From the NCBI GenBank assembly GCA_963663995.1, contig OY760660.1:210001-242000 (forward strand): a stretch of 32,000 bases of DNA, read 5' to 3'. Positions within the stretch are counted from its first letter, which is position 1. Each line of letters starts with the position of its first letter. The notes beneath the pieces are model-generated. The model saw only the letters and a list, made by a program, of their open reading frames with translations, did not search any database and was not told where the DNA came from. The DNA comes from Erysipelotrichaceae bacterium. GTDB taxonomy: Bacteria; Bacillota_I; Bacilli_A; Erysipelotrichales; Erysipelotrichaceae. This document shows positions 1-7,974 of this stretch, one piece after another. The position numbers and the translations under genes are program-made.

Positions 1-733
1 AAATCATACCAAAGTGAAGATAAGGAGATAGATAAGATGTTGCCTTTGCGTTGATATCATTACGTAAGTGATAACGATTTAAGCCCTCTTTTATAAAATC
101 GTCCAATTGTTTTAATGCAGCATCTTCACCTGCTTTTAGCCAAGTAATTTTTGCCGGTAATTTATGGTCATAATCTTTTATGACTTCAGCAAATTGATTT
201 TGATCAAATCTTTCAGTTATTTCTTGCTGAAGTAGATGAATACTTGATTTTTGATTTAGAAAAGACTGGTATTGTTTTAGTAATTTAGGACGAATGGTAC
301 GTGCTGCATATTCACATTTATCAGATGTTAAATGGATGGGAACAACACAAGCTGTATTCGTGCGATAAAATTCGAAACCTTTTAATTTAGAAAGTTCCTT
401 TACTTTATCTTGGATAGATCTCATCCCTTTTAAACTTGCTTGTTCACATACGACTGTATGAATGTTTTCTGTTTGTTTAAAATAATCAAGCGGATTTTCT
501 TTACTTAATATTAGAGGAATATGATAGGCATTTAGTTTATTAGAAAATTCTAGTAATCCACTTAATAAAAAATGCATGTTTCTTTGATTGGCATATTTAA
601 AATCCTTCAAAATAAAAAAATGTATTTCTAGATAACAATTGTTTTGGATGGCTAAATCAAAGGCAAGTTCTAAAGCAGGATTTTCGTTTATACGAATCGC
701 TCTTGAACACCAATAGATTATTTTTTGTTTCAT
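1..733 (-). CDS. phr: Deoxyribodipyrimidine (CPD) photolyase, class II-like. Only the N-terminal ~244 aa is present; the C-terminus lies beyond the window start.
   Basis: Absent from the ORF track because it is open at the window edge. Reverse-complement translation from the ATG at 733..731 reads MKQKIIYWCSRAIRINENPALELA...CEYAARTIRPKL...GEDAALKQLDDFIKEGLNRYHLRNDINAKATSYLSPYLHFGMI, with no stop codon down to position 1. These motifs match class II photolyases (YWxSRDxRxxDNxAL, EYAAxTxRPK, LSPYLHFGQIS). Confidence 0.85.
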   Translation of the reverse strand, partial: MKQKIIYWCSRAIRINENPALELAFDLAIQNNCYLEIHFFILKDFKYANQRNMHFLLSGLLEFSNKLNAYHIPLILSKENPLDYFKQTENIHTVVCEQASLKGMRSIQDKVKELSKLKGFEFYRTNTACVVPIHLTSDKCEYAARTIRPKLLKQYQSFLNQKSSIHLLQQEITERFDQNQFAEVIKDYDHKLPAKITWLKAGEDAALKQLDDFIKEGLNRYHLRNDINAKATSYLSPYLHFGMI

Positions 734-763
734 TAATATTAATCATAGCACTTTAGAATTAAC

Positions 764-792
764 TTGATTAGTGAAACGAAGATAGTTATACT
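764..792 (+). promoter_or_regulatory. Sigma-A-type promoter for the yerC-like gene
   Basis: TTGATT (764-769), a 17-nt spacer, then TATACT (787-792). An AGAGG RBS sits at about 804-808 and the ATG at 816. Confidence 0.5.
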
Positions 793-815
793 TTAATATG
801 TTAAAGAGGTAAAGT

Positions 816-1100
816 ATGCCAATTAAAAAAAATAAGAAGTTTGATCAATTGTTTGAAGCAATTTTAAAACTTGAAAATATTGATGAATGTTACGCTTTGT
901 TTGATGACTTATGTACGATGAGTGAAATTAATGATATGCGTGATCGGTTTGAAGTCGCGCGATTATTGGTTGAAGGTCATACTTATGCGCAAATTGAACA
1001 TGAAACATCAATGAGTTCTGCCACAATTTCAAGAGTTAACCGTTGTATTCAATATGGAACTGGTGGTTACAAACAAGCCTTAGAACATCTTAAGAAGTAG
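816..1100 (+). CDS. yerC: YerC/YecD family TrpR-like DNA-binding protein
   Basis: A 94-aa ORF whose sequence FEAILKLENIDECYALFDDLCT...RFEVARLLVEGHTYAQIEHETSMSSATISRVNRCIQYGTGGYK closely resembles B. subtilis YerC (Trp_repressor fold, helix-turn-helix ATISRV). It has an RBS and is followed by a terminator. Confidence 0.85.
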   Translation: MPIKKNKKFDQLFEAILKLENIDECYALFDDLCTMSEINDMRDRFEVARLLVEGHTYAQIEHETSMSSATISRVNRCIQYGTGGYKQALEHLKK

Positions 1101-1128
1101 CATTTGATTTTGAAAAAACTTTTCATAG

Positions 1129-1158
1129 AAACGAACTAAAACTGGTTCGTTTTTTCAT
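1129..1158 (+). terminator. Rho-independent terminator
   Basis: Stem AAACGAAC (1129-1136) pairs with GTTCGTTT (1145-1152) around an 8-nt loop, followed by a T-run. Confidence 0.7.
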
Positions 1159-1178
1159 TTTAAACGATAAAAAATGAA

Positions 1179-2141
1179 ATGGTCTATGCTAAACTAAAAC
1201 CTATGTTATCAATGATTGTTTTTAATCAAGTTGCAATTATGGTTGCACTGATTGCAGTGGGTTATGCTGCTTTTAAGCTAAATATTTTATCGAAAGAGGG
1301 AAGTAAAGAAATTTCTCGACTTTTGACTGTGATTATTACACCGGTCGTGATTGTAAAATCTTTTATGGTTGAAAGTTCACCTGAAAAAACACAAATGCTT
1401 TTATATTCTTTGATGTTAGGTGCTGTTTCACTTCTCATTACATTTGTTTTTGCTTATTTCACTGAAAAGAAAAATCCAGCACTTCAATATGGTGTCAGTT
1501 TCTCTAATGCTGGCTTTATTGGGATTCCTCTTATTCTAAATACTTTAGGATCTGAAGCGTTATTTTACATGTTGGCTTTCTTCTCTTTACAAGTTATTTC
1601 TGTATGGACACTTGGGATTTTTATGTTAACAAGAGATCGAAAAATGATTTCACTTAAACAACTCTTAAAAACACCAACTGTTTGGGCTATATTTGTTGGC
1701 TTAGCTGTTTATTTTATGCAAATGTCTTTCCCATCAAACGTTTTAAGTATCATTAATAATATTTCTTCAACCTATTCACCTTTGGCGATGTTTGTGGTTG
1801 GAACCTTATTAGCTGAAATTAAACTGAGAGATATGTTTGGTGATAATGAAGTGTATGTCATGATTGCCTTGCGCTTACTAATCATTCCTTTAGTTACAGC
1901 CACTGTCTTTGTTTGGCTACCTGGCAGCTCAGAATTACATATTCTTACTAAGACTGCGATTGTTATTGTTAGCTCAGCTCCTGCTGGTGCAAACACTGCC
2001 ATTTTGTCGCATCTGTTTGATTTAAAAACAGATCAAGCTGTCAAAGCGGTTACATTATCGACCTTGCTTTCGGTTATCACGATACCAATTATCGTCTTTA
2101 GTTTCGAGTATTTGTTAAATATCTTCACAAGTGGTCTATGA
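1179..2141 (+). CDS. AEC (auxin efflux carrier / malate permease-like) family transporter
   Basis: A 320-aa polytopic membrane protein with about 10 hydrophobic segments. Its two-halves architecture and N-terminus (..VAIMVALIAVGYAAFK) are typical of PF03547-type proteins. No clear SD is present, so the start could instead be the in-frame ATG at 1203 (MLSMIVF..). Confidence 0.7.
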   Translation: MVYAKLKPMLSMIVFNQVAIMVALIAVGYAAFKLNILSKEGSKEISRLLTVIITPVVIVKSFMVESSPEKTQMLLYSLMLGAVSLLITFVFAYFTEKKNPALQYGVSFSNAGFIGIPLILNTLGSEALFYMLAFFSLQVISVWTLGIFMLTRDRKMISLKQLLKTPTVWAIFVGLAVYFMQMSFPSNVLSIINNISSTYSPLAMFVVGTLLAEIKLRDMFGDNEVYVMIALRLLIIPLVTATVFVWLPGSSELHILTKTAIVIVSSAPAGANTAILSHLFDLKTDQAVKAVTLSTLLSVITIPIIVFSFEYLLNIFTSGL

Positions 2142-2157
2142 TTTCATAAAAAGTCAT

Positions 2158-2186
2158 TTGACCACTTTTATTTTGTCATATATTAT
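2158..2186 (+). promoter_or_regulatory. Sigma-A-type promoter for serC-serA
   Basis: TTGACC (2158-2163), a 17-nt spacer, then TATTAT (2181-2186). The AAAGGAGG RBS lies about 30 nt downstream. Confidence 0.5.
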
Positions 2187-2228
2187 AGTGTAAATAACGT
2201 GTTAAGTTATTCACAAAAGGAGGCTTGT

Positions 2229-3311
2229 ATGAGTCAAAGAGTTTACAATTTTTCAGCAGGACCTGCCGTGTTACCAGTAGCGGTACTTGAGCGGGCACAA
2301 AAAGAATTATTATCTCATGGTGACAGTGGTCAATCGGTGATGGAGATGAGTCATCGATCATCAGAATACGAAGCTATCCATTATAAGGTTGAAAAAGACC
2401 TTAGGGAATTAATGAATATCCCTGATGACTATTCTGTATTATTTTTGCAAGGTGGCGCATCATTGATGTTCCATATGATTCCTTTGAATATTCTTAAAAA
2501 AAATGAAAAAGCAGCGGTTATTATCACTGGTAATTGGGCAAAAAAAGCGTATCAAGGAATTAAAGAAGTTGGCCAAGTAGATGTGCTTGCAAGTAGTGAA
2601 GATGCTAACTTTACCTATATACCAAAAGTAGCTGACAAAGATGTTTCAGACTATGCTTATGTACATTATGTTTCAAACAATACCATTTTTGGAACACGTG
2701 AAAATGCAATTCCACCGGTAAATCATCCATGTGTGGTGGCTGATATGAGTTCAGATATTTTATCTCGTGAAGTGGATGTTTCTAAACATGGCATTATCTT
2801 TGCAGGTGCACAAAAAAATATGGGTATTGCTGGTTTAACGGTTGTGATTGTTAGAAAAGATCTTTTAGATAAAGTCGATGCTGCAACAGCTGATATTTTA
2901 AAATTTAAAACGCATGCTGATAAAGATTCACTTTATAACACAGCTCCAACATTTCCAATTTATATGTGTGGATTAGTGCTTGAATGGATTAAAGATTTAG
3001 GCGGAGTTAAAGCTATCGAGAAAATCAATAAAGATAAAGCAGATCTTTTATATAACTATTTAGATGGTTCAAGCTTCTATGAGACAACAGCTGCTAAAGA
3101 AGACCGTTCTTGGATGAATATAACCTTTAAATGTGCAAATGCTGATTTAGATAAAGCATTAATTAAAAAATGTACTGAAGCTGGGTTAGTCAATGTTAAA
3201 GGTTATCGTACAGTTGGTGGTTTACGTACAAGTATTTACAATGCTATGCCAAAAGAAGGTGTAGAAGCATTAATTACCGTATTAAAAGAATTTGAAAAGG
3301 AGAATGCTTAA
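2229..3311 (+). CDS. serC: Phosphoserine aminotransferase
   Basis: MSQRVYNFSAGPAVLP... is the canonical SerC N-terminus, and FAGAQKNMG carries the PLP lysine. I place the start at the ATG at 2229 because AAGGAGG (2217-2223) precedes it. The ORF-track start at 2199 lacks an RBS. Confidence 0.93.
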   Translation: MSQRVYNFSAGPAVLPVAVLERAQKELLSHGDSGQSVMEMSHRSSEYEAIHYKVEKDLRELMNIPDDYSVLFLQGGASLMFHMIPLNILKKNEKAAVIITGNWAKKAYQGIKEVGQVDVLASSEDANFTYIPKVADKDVSDYAYVHYVSNNTIFGTRENAIPPVNHPCVVADMSSDILSREVDVSKHGIIFAGAQKNMGIAGLTVVIVRKDLLDKVDAATADILKFKTHADKDSLYNTAPTFPIYMCGLVLEWIKDLGGVKAIEKINKDKADLLYNYLDGSSFYETTAAKEDRSWMNITFKCANADLDKALIKKCTEAGLVNVKGYRTVGGLRTSIYNAMPKEGVEALITVLKEFEKENA

Positions 3312-4474
3312 TGTTTAAAGTTAAAACCTTAAATGAAATAGATCAACAAGGCTTAGACCAATTAGATGCTGATTTCAAAATCTGTGATGATGCGGATGCG
3401 CAAGCGATTTTAGTTCGTTCTGCAAAAATGCATGATTTGGAATTTGATAAGAATTTATTAGCGATTGGACGTGCGGGTGTGGGTGTTAATAATATTCCAC
3501 TTGAAAAATGTGCTGAACAAGGGATTGTCGTATTTAATACACCTGGTGCGAATGCAAATGGTGTTAAAGAACTTGTCTTAACTGCTATGTTATTAAGTTC
3601 TCGTGGCGTTCATGAATCAATTAATTGGGTTCAAGGTTTAGATGCAAGCGAAGATATTGCGAAAGCTGTTGAAACAGGTAAAAAACAATTTGTAGGACCT
3701 GAACTTAAAGGTAAAACTTTAGGGGTTATTGGACTAGGAGCAGTGGGCGTCTTAATTGCTAATGCAGCTAGTTCACTAGGGATGACCGTTCTTGGTTATG
3801 ATCCTTATATTTCTGTTCAATCAGCTTGGCGTTTATCACGTAATGTTAAAAAAGCTAATTCTTATGAAGAAATTTATAAGAATGCTGATTATCTAACACT
3901 ACACGTACCACTTTTAGACAGTACAAGACATTTAATTAATGAAGAAGTCATTAAAATGTTTAAACCAGATATTCGTATCATCAATTTAGCCAGAGCTGAA
4001 CTTGTGGATGATGATGCTATCGAGAAAGCGCTTGAGTCTGGTAAAGTCTATCGTTATGTTACAGACTTCCCAACAGAGCGTACCTATAAAATGAAGAATG
4101 TTATTGCGATTCCTCATTTAGGAGCAAGTACTCCTGAATCAGAAGTGAACTGTGCGATTATGGCAGCTAATGAGATCTCTGATTATCTCAAGTACGGAAC
4201 AATTACTAATTCAGTTAATTTCCCTAATTGTGATTGTGGTCCAGTTGATGCTGATGCCCGTGTAACTATCCTACATAAAAATATTCCAAACATGGTGGGA
4301 CAAATTACCACTGATCTTGGAACTCATGATATAAATATTGCGGGAATGCAAAATATGTCTCGAAAAGAATGGGCTTATACGGTTCTTGAAATCGAAGGAA
4401 ACGTTGATGATGCTTTAATTGCTACTTTAGAAGCAATTAAAGGTGTTGTAAAAGTTCGCAAAATAGCTAAATAA
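3311..4474 (+). CDS. serA: D-3-phosphoglycerate dehydrogenase (short form with C-terminal ACT domain)
   Basis: A 2-hydroxyacid dehydrogenase NAD-binding motif GVIGLGAVG and the catalytic HLGAST are present, plus an ACT-like C-terminus. The start overlaps the serC stop (TAATG at 3309-3313). Confidence 0.9.
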   Translation: MFKVKTLNEIDQQGLDQLDADFKICDDADAQAILVRSAKMHDLEFDKNLLAIGRAGVGVNNIPLEKCAEQGIVVFNTPGANANGVKELVLTAMLLSSRGVHESINWVQGLDASEDIAKAVETGKKQFVGPELKGKTLGVIGLGAVGVLIANAASSLGMTVLGYDPYISVQSAWRLSRNVKKANSYEEIYKNADYLTLHVPLLDSTRHLINEEVIKMFKPDIRIINLARAELVDDDAIEKALESGKVYRYVTDFPTERTYKMKNVIAIPHLGASTPESEVNCAIMAANEISDYLKYGTITNSVNFPNCDCGPVDADARVTILHKNIPNMVGQITTDLGTHDINIAGMQNMSRKEWAYTVLEIEGNVDDALIATLEAIKGVVKVRKIAK

Positions 4475-4501
4475 ACAGTCTTCGGACTGTTTTTTATTTT
4501 T
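4474..4501 (+). terminator. Rho-independent terminator after serA
   Basis: AACAGTC (4474-4480), a TTCG loop, then GACTGTT (4485-4491), followed by TTTTTATTTTT. Confidence 0.85.
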
Positions 4502-4538
4502 GGTACGAAATTTCATGATGTTTGCGCTTTCATTGAAC

Positions 4539-4544
4539 TATAAT
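4539..4544 (+). promoter_or_regulatory. Candidate -10 box for the ABC-ABC-anmK operon
   Basis: A perfect TATAAT lies 32 nt upstream of the GTG start and downstream of the serA terminator. I could not find a convincing -35 element. Confidence 0.3.
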
Positions 4545-4575
4545 AATATAGTGAGTTTCAAAAGGAGATGCGTTT

Positions 4576-5901
4576 GTGATTGAATTAAAAAGTCTTAGTA
4601 AAACCTATACAAGTCGTAGAGGTGTACAAACACATGCGTTATCTGATTTTTCTTTAACCCTACCAGATACAGGTCTTGTTTTTATTCTCGGTAAATCTGG
4701 AAGTGGTAAATCAACCTTATTAAATATTTTGGGTGGTTTGGATAAAGCAGATAGTGGTGAAGTATTAATTAATGGGAAGAATATTGAAGGTTACGATCAA
4801 GTTGAATTAGATTATTATCGTAATGCTCATGTTGGTTTTGTTTTTCAAGATTTTAATATTATTGAGACATTTTCGGTCTATGAAAATGTTGGTTTAGCTT
4901 TACAACTTCAAGGTCAAAAAGCTGATAAAGAACGCATTGATAAAATGTTAGACTTTGTCGATTTAAGCGGCTATGGTAAACGAAAAGGGAATGAAATCTC
5001 TGGTGGTCAAAAACAACGAATTGCAGTTGCACGAGCTTTAATTAAAGAACCAACCATTATCTTAGCAGATGAACCTACAGGGAATTTAGATTTAAAAACA
5101 TCTGAACAAATCATGCTTTTACTAAAAAAAGTGGCTGAAGATAATTTAGTCGTTGTTGTTTCACATGATCCTGAAGAAGCAGAGGTTTTTGGTGATCGAA
5201 TCATTCACATTAAAGATGGTCATATCATAAAAGATATTGGTCAAAACAGTGACAAGAGATCTAATCGTGAGTATCCTCAAATTCATCCAAAACTATCATT
5301 TTTCGCTTCGGTTAAATATGGCGTTCATGCTTTATCTAAGAAAAAAGGACAATTATTAATCACAAACTTTGTGGTTTCATTGAGTTTATTGTTTTCTGTG
5401 CTCTTAGGCGCTTATTTAAGTTTCTTACATCAACCTAATCCAGCGTTGTTTAATGTTTTAAACCAAGCAGAACTGGATTTTATGACAAGAGACCTTATGG
5501 GATATCTATCTCAAGATAGTGCTCTGAAGCTTTTAATTGCGATGTATGTCATCTTTGTTTCTGTTATCTATGTCTTCTTGTCTTTAAGTATTGCCCAAAG
5601 ACAAAAACAAATCGGAATTTTTAAAGCACTCGGTGCAAATACAGGTGATATTCTTAAAATTTTTGCCTGGGAAGGGATTATTATCACACTAGTTTCTGGG
5701 ATATTCTCTACCTATCTAGGTTTAGCCTATTGTTTAGATATGAATATTAAATTCTTTGATTCCTTAGACTTGCTGATTGCAAATCCAATCCAATTAGCAT
5801 TGAATATTTTGGCTTTATTGATCATTACTGTCACTTTCACCATTCTTTTAGTTTTATCTACACTTAAAAAGAATTCTGTGATTGCGATTTTGAAGAAGTA
5901 G
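4576..5901 (+). CDS. MacB-type ABC transporter with fused ATP-binding and FtsX-like permease domains and a minimal extracytoplasmic loop
   Basis: GTG start with a GGAG RBS 8 nt upstream. The ATPase motifs are all present: Walker A GKSGSGKST, Q-loop FVFQDF, signature SGGQKQR, Walker B ILADEPT, and H-loop VSHD. The C-terminal half has 4 TM segments with the FtsX hallmark RQKQIGIFKALGA. The TM1-TM2 loop is only about 30 aa. Confidence 0.85.
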   Translation: MIELKSLSKTYTSRRGVQTHALSDFSLTLPDTGLVFILGKSGSGKSTLLNILGGLDKADSGEVLINGKNIEGYDQVELDYYRNAHVGFVFQDFNIIETFSVYENVGLALQLQGQKADKERIDKMLDFVDLSGYGKRKGNEISGGQKQRIAVARALIKEPTIILADEPTGNLDLKTSEQIMLLLKKVAEDNLVVVVSHDPEEAEVFGDRIIHIKDGHIIKDIGQNSDKRSNREYPQIHPKLSFFASVKYGVHALSKKKGQLLITNFVVSLSLLFSVLLGAYLSFLHQPNPALFNVLNQAELDFMTRDLMGYLSQDSALKLLIAMYVIFVSVIYVFLSLSIAQRQKQIGIFKALGANTGDILKIFAWEGIIITLVSGIFSTYLGLAYCLDMNIKFFDSLDLLIANPIQLALNILALLIITVTFTILLVLSTLKKNSVIAILKK

Positions 5902-5912
5902 GAGTTTATCAG

Positions 5913-7961
5913 ATGATTGAAATTAAAAATATAAATAAAACGTATAAACCTAAATCTAAAAACAAAGTAACCGCCATTAAGGGAGTTGATCTACAATTTT
6001 CACGTCATGGTTTAGTCTTTCTTTTAGGGAAATCAGGTTCAGGTAAATCAACTTTCTTAAATATTTTAGGTGGCTTAGATTCTGCAAATACATCTAGAAT
6101 CTATATCAATGAGAAAAAGCTTGATCGTTTTGATGAAACAACTTGTTCAAACTATCGTAATACCTATGTTGGTTTTGTCTTTCAAGAATATAATTTATTA
6201 AATGAATTAAATGTTTATAAAAATATTGAATTAGCCCTTCAAATGGTTGGCCAAATAGGCGATAATCATGAGAAAATCATGAATGTTCTTAAACGTGTTG
6301 GCTTAGAAGGTTTAGAAGATCGTGAACTTGATGAATTATCAGGTGGGCAAAAACAAAGAGTTGCGGTTGCGCGGGCTTTAGTTAAAGAACCAACGATCAT
6401 CTTAGCGGATGAACCAACTGGTAATTTGGACTCAGAAACGTCTGAACAAGTCTTTGACTTATTTAAAGAACTTTCAAAAGAGAGTTTAGTTATTGTGGTA
6501 ACACACGATTCTGAATATGCCCATAAATATGGAGATCGTATTATTGAAATCTCTGATGGAGAAATTGTTTCTGATAGTGCACCTGTAGCCGACGAAGATC
6601 ATTTAGATGTACCTGAGATGGTTAAGCCAAAACTTCCTTGGGAATTCATTTTTAAAATGAGTATTGGCAATGTTATGAACAATAAACTAAGAATGGTTGT
6701 GACTGCTGTTATTACCGCTTTCTTAGTAGCTATCTTATCTGCTGTTTATACAATGCTTTATGTTGGTGATCATGTGAATACTGATTTGATGACTTTATCA
6801 CATCAAGAACATGTTCTTCTCACGAAGTCACAGCCAAGTGGATTGTTCTTTAACTTCTCGTTTAATGGCGAAGACTTGAGTTCAAGTGATTATTTTATTG
6901 AAGAAGACAAAGTCATTGCCGCAACTGATTTAGCCAATCAGGCAAATGCAAGTCTCTATGATAAAACATATATCTTAAATAACGATATCCCTCTTTCGAT
7001 TGGTGATTTAGCCATTGGTGCGAATGCATTTCAAACTGATTTAGTCGATGAACCAAGTGCTTCAATGATTGAAACAATCAATCAAACTCCCTTAACATTT
7101 AGTGCTGTCAGTGAAGGATCAATTTTACTTAAAGATTTAGTCGGTGTTGTTCCAGAAAATGAAAATGAAGTTATTATTTCATCTTATTTAGCAGACTGGT
7201 TAATAAATTCTGGTTTGGCTGATAGTCGTCAAGCTTTGATAGATACAAATACTTCAATATCATTAGATGGTTTATCAGATTTAAAAGTTGTTGGCATAGT
7301 GACTTATGATACACCACTTTTAAGCAATGAATTAACAGCTTTATATACAGTTGGTAATACATTCTATGTAAACGAATCTTTCTTTGATCAAAATATTGTT
7401 AGTCAAACTGAACAATATGGTATCTATGTTGCTGAGGTTGAAGACTTAGCAAGCTTTACACAAAGCCTTAAAAACTTAGGAACAATGACGATTACACCTA
7501 ATTATGAAGAAAACTTAAATCGTTATACTCGCTATGACTTAACTTTAGTTATATCGGTTATTGTGCCTGTACTTGGTTATTTAGCGATTGTATTCTTAGG
7601 AAACTATATTTCATCTTCAATCTTATTTAGAAAGAAACAAATTGGGATCTTAAGAGCGATAGGAAATTATATCTCTAATGTTGAACACATCTTTAGATTA
7701 GAAGCAATTTTTGTTGGCTTAATTGTCATGAGCTTAGTTTACTTCTTGATTCCAATCTTTGTAGATATTGTAAACTTTGCCTTTATGGTTCACTTCCAAG
7801 ATACTTTTATATCTTTCTATCATTATCAAATTTATCATGTTGGACTCAGTTCAATCATTGAGATATTCTTGCTTCTTTCTCTAATGATTACCGTTCTAAC
7901 CTTTACCTTGACCCACAATATCAATTTAATTGATCCTGTGGATGTTATTAGCGGGCGTTAG
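5913..7961 (+). CDS. MacB-type ABC transporter with fused ATP-binding and FtsX-like permease domains and a ~260-aa extracytoplasmic domain
   Basis: A paralogue of the preceding gene: Walker A GKSGSGKST, signature SGGQKQR, Walker B ILADEPT, H-loop VTHD. TM1 is followed by a ~260-aa loop with MacB_PCD-like motifs (EVIISSYLADWL, LKVVGIV) and then RKKQIGILRAIG plus 3 TM segments. A GGAG RBS is present. Confidence 0.85.
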   Translation: MIEIKNINKTYKPKSKNKVTAIKGVDLQFSRHGLVFLLGKSGSGKSTFLNILGGLDSANTSRIYINEKKLDRFDETTCSNYRNTYVGFVFQEYNLLNELNVYKNIELALQMVGQIGDNHEKIMNVLKRVGLEGLEDRELDELSGGQKQRVAVARALVKEPTIILADEPTGNLDSETSEQVFDLFKELSKESLVIVVTHDSEYAHKYGDRIIEISDGEIVSDSAPVADEDHLDVPEMVKPKLPWEFIFKMSIGNVMNNKLRMVVTAVITAFLVAILSAVYTMLYVGDHVNTDLMTLSHQEHVLLTKSQPSGLFFNFSFNGEDLSSSDYFIEEDKVIAATDLANQANASLYDKTYILNNDIPLSIGDLAIGANAFQTDLVDEPSASMIETINQTPLTFSAVSEGSILLKDLVGVVPENENEVIISSYLADWLINSGLADSRQALIDTNTSISLDGLSDLKVVGIVTYDTPLLSNELTALYTVGNTFYVNESFFDQNIVSQTEQYGIYVAEVEDLASFTQSLKNLGTMTITPNYEENLNRYTRYDLTLVISVIVPVLGYLAIVFLGNYISSSILFRKKQIGILRAIGNYISNVEHIFRLEAIFVGLIVMSLVYFLIPIFVDIVNFAFMVHFQDTFISFYHYQIYHVGLSSIIEIFLLLSLMITVLTFTLTHNINLIDPVDVISGR

Positions 7962-7974
7962 CGATGTTAGCGAT
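7957..7974. repeat. Perfect 2 x 9-bp tandem repeat (GTTAGCGAT GTTAGCGAT) spanning the ABC gene stop and the anmK start
   Basis: Read directly from the sequence. Copy 1 (7957-7965) contains the TAG stop (7959-7961). The ATG of anmK (7964-7966) straddles the junction between the copies. A related GATGTTATTAGCG lies at 7941-7953. Confidence 0.9.

Noticed and set aside
1772-2002. Antisense or out-of-frame ORFs from the six-frame track that lie inside confidently called genes. They are 1772-2002(-), 2176-2361(-), 5007-5204(-), 7174-7362(-), 8787-9038(-), 10541-10756(-), 10959-11186(-), 11687-11992(-), 12070-12258(-), 12883-13173(+), 13760-14017(+), 17460-17666(-), 19019-19294(-), 19927-20331(-), 20224-20409(+), 24650-24889(-), 26655-26855(-) and 30816-31022(+).
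   Set aside because: Each is fully or mostly nested in a longer ORF that has strong family motifs. They have no RBS, low-complexity or odd composition, and no recognisable motif. Several are mirror images of ABC Walker/signature regions, which are typical shadow ORFs in AT-rich DNA.
2199-2228. 5'-extended starts given by the ORF track: 2199, 9088, 15369, 16826, 20970, 29155, 30257, and 24019 and 16726 on the minus strand.
   Set aside because: The extensions lack an SD. They run through terminator hairpins (9088, 20970), cover the RBS of a divergent gene (15369), or add residues before well-conserved N-termini. Internal starts with GGAGG-type RBSs or canonical N-termini were preferred. The uncertainty is a few codons only.
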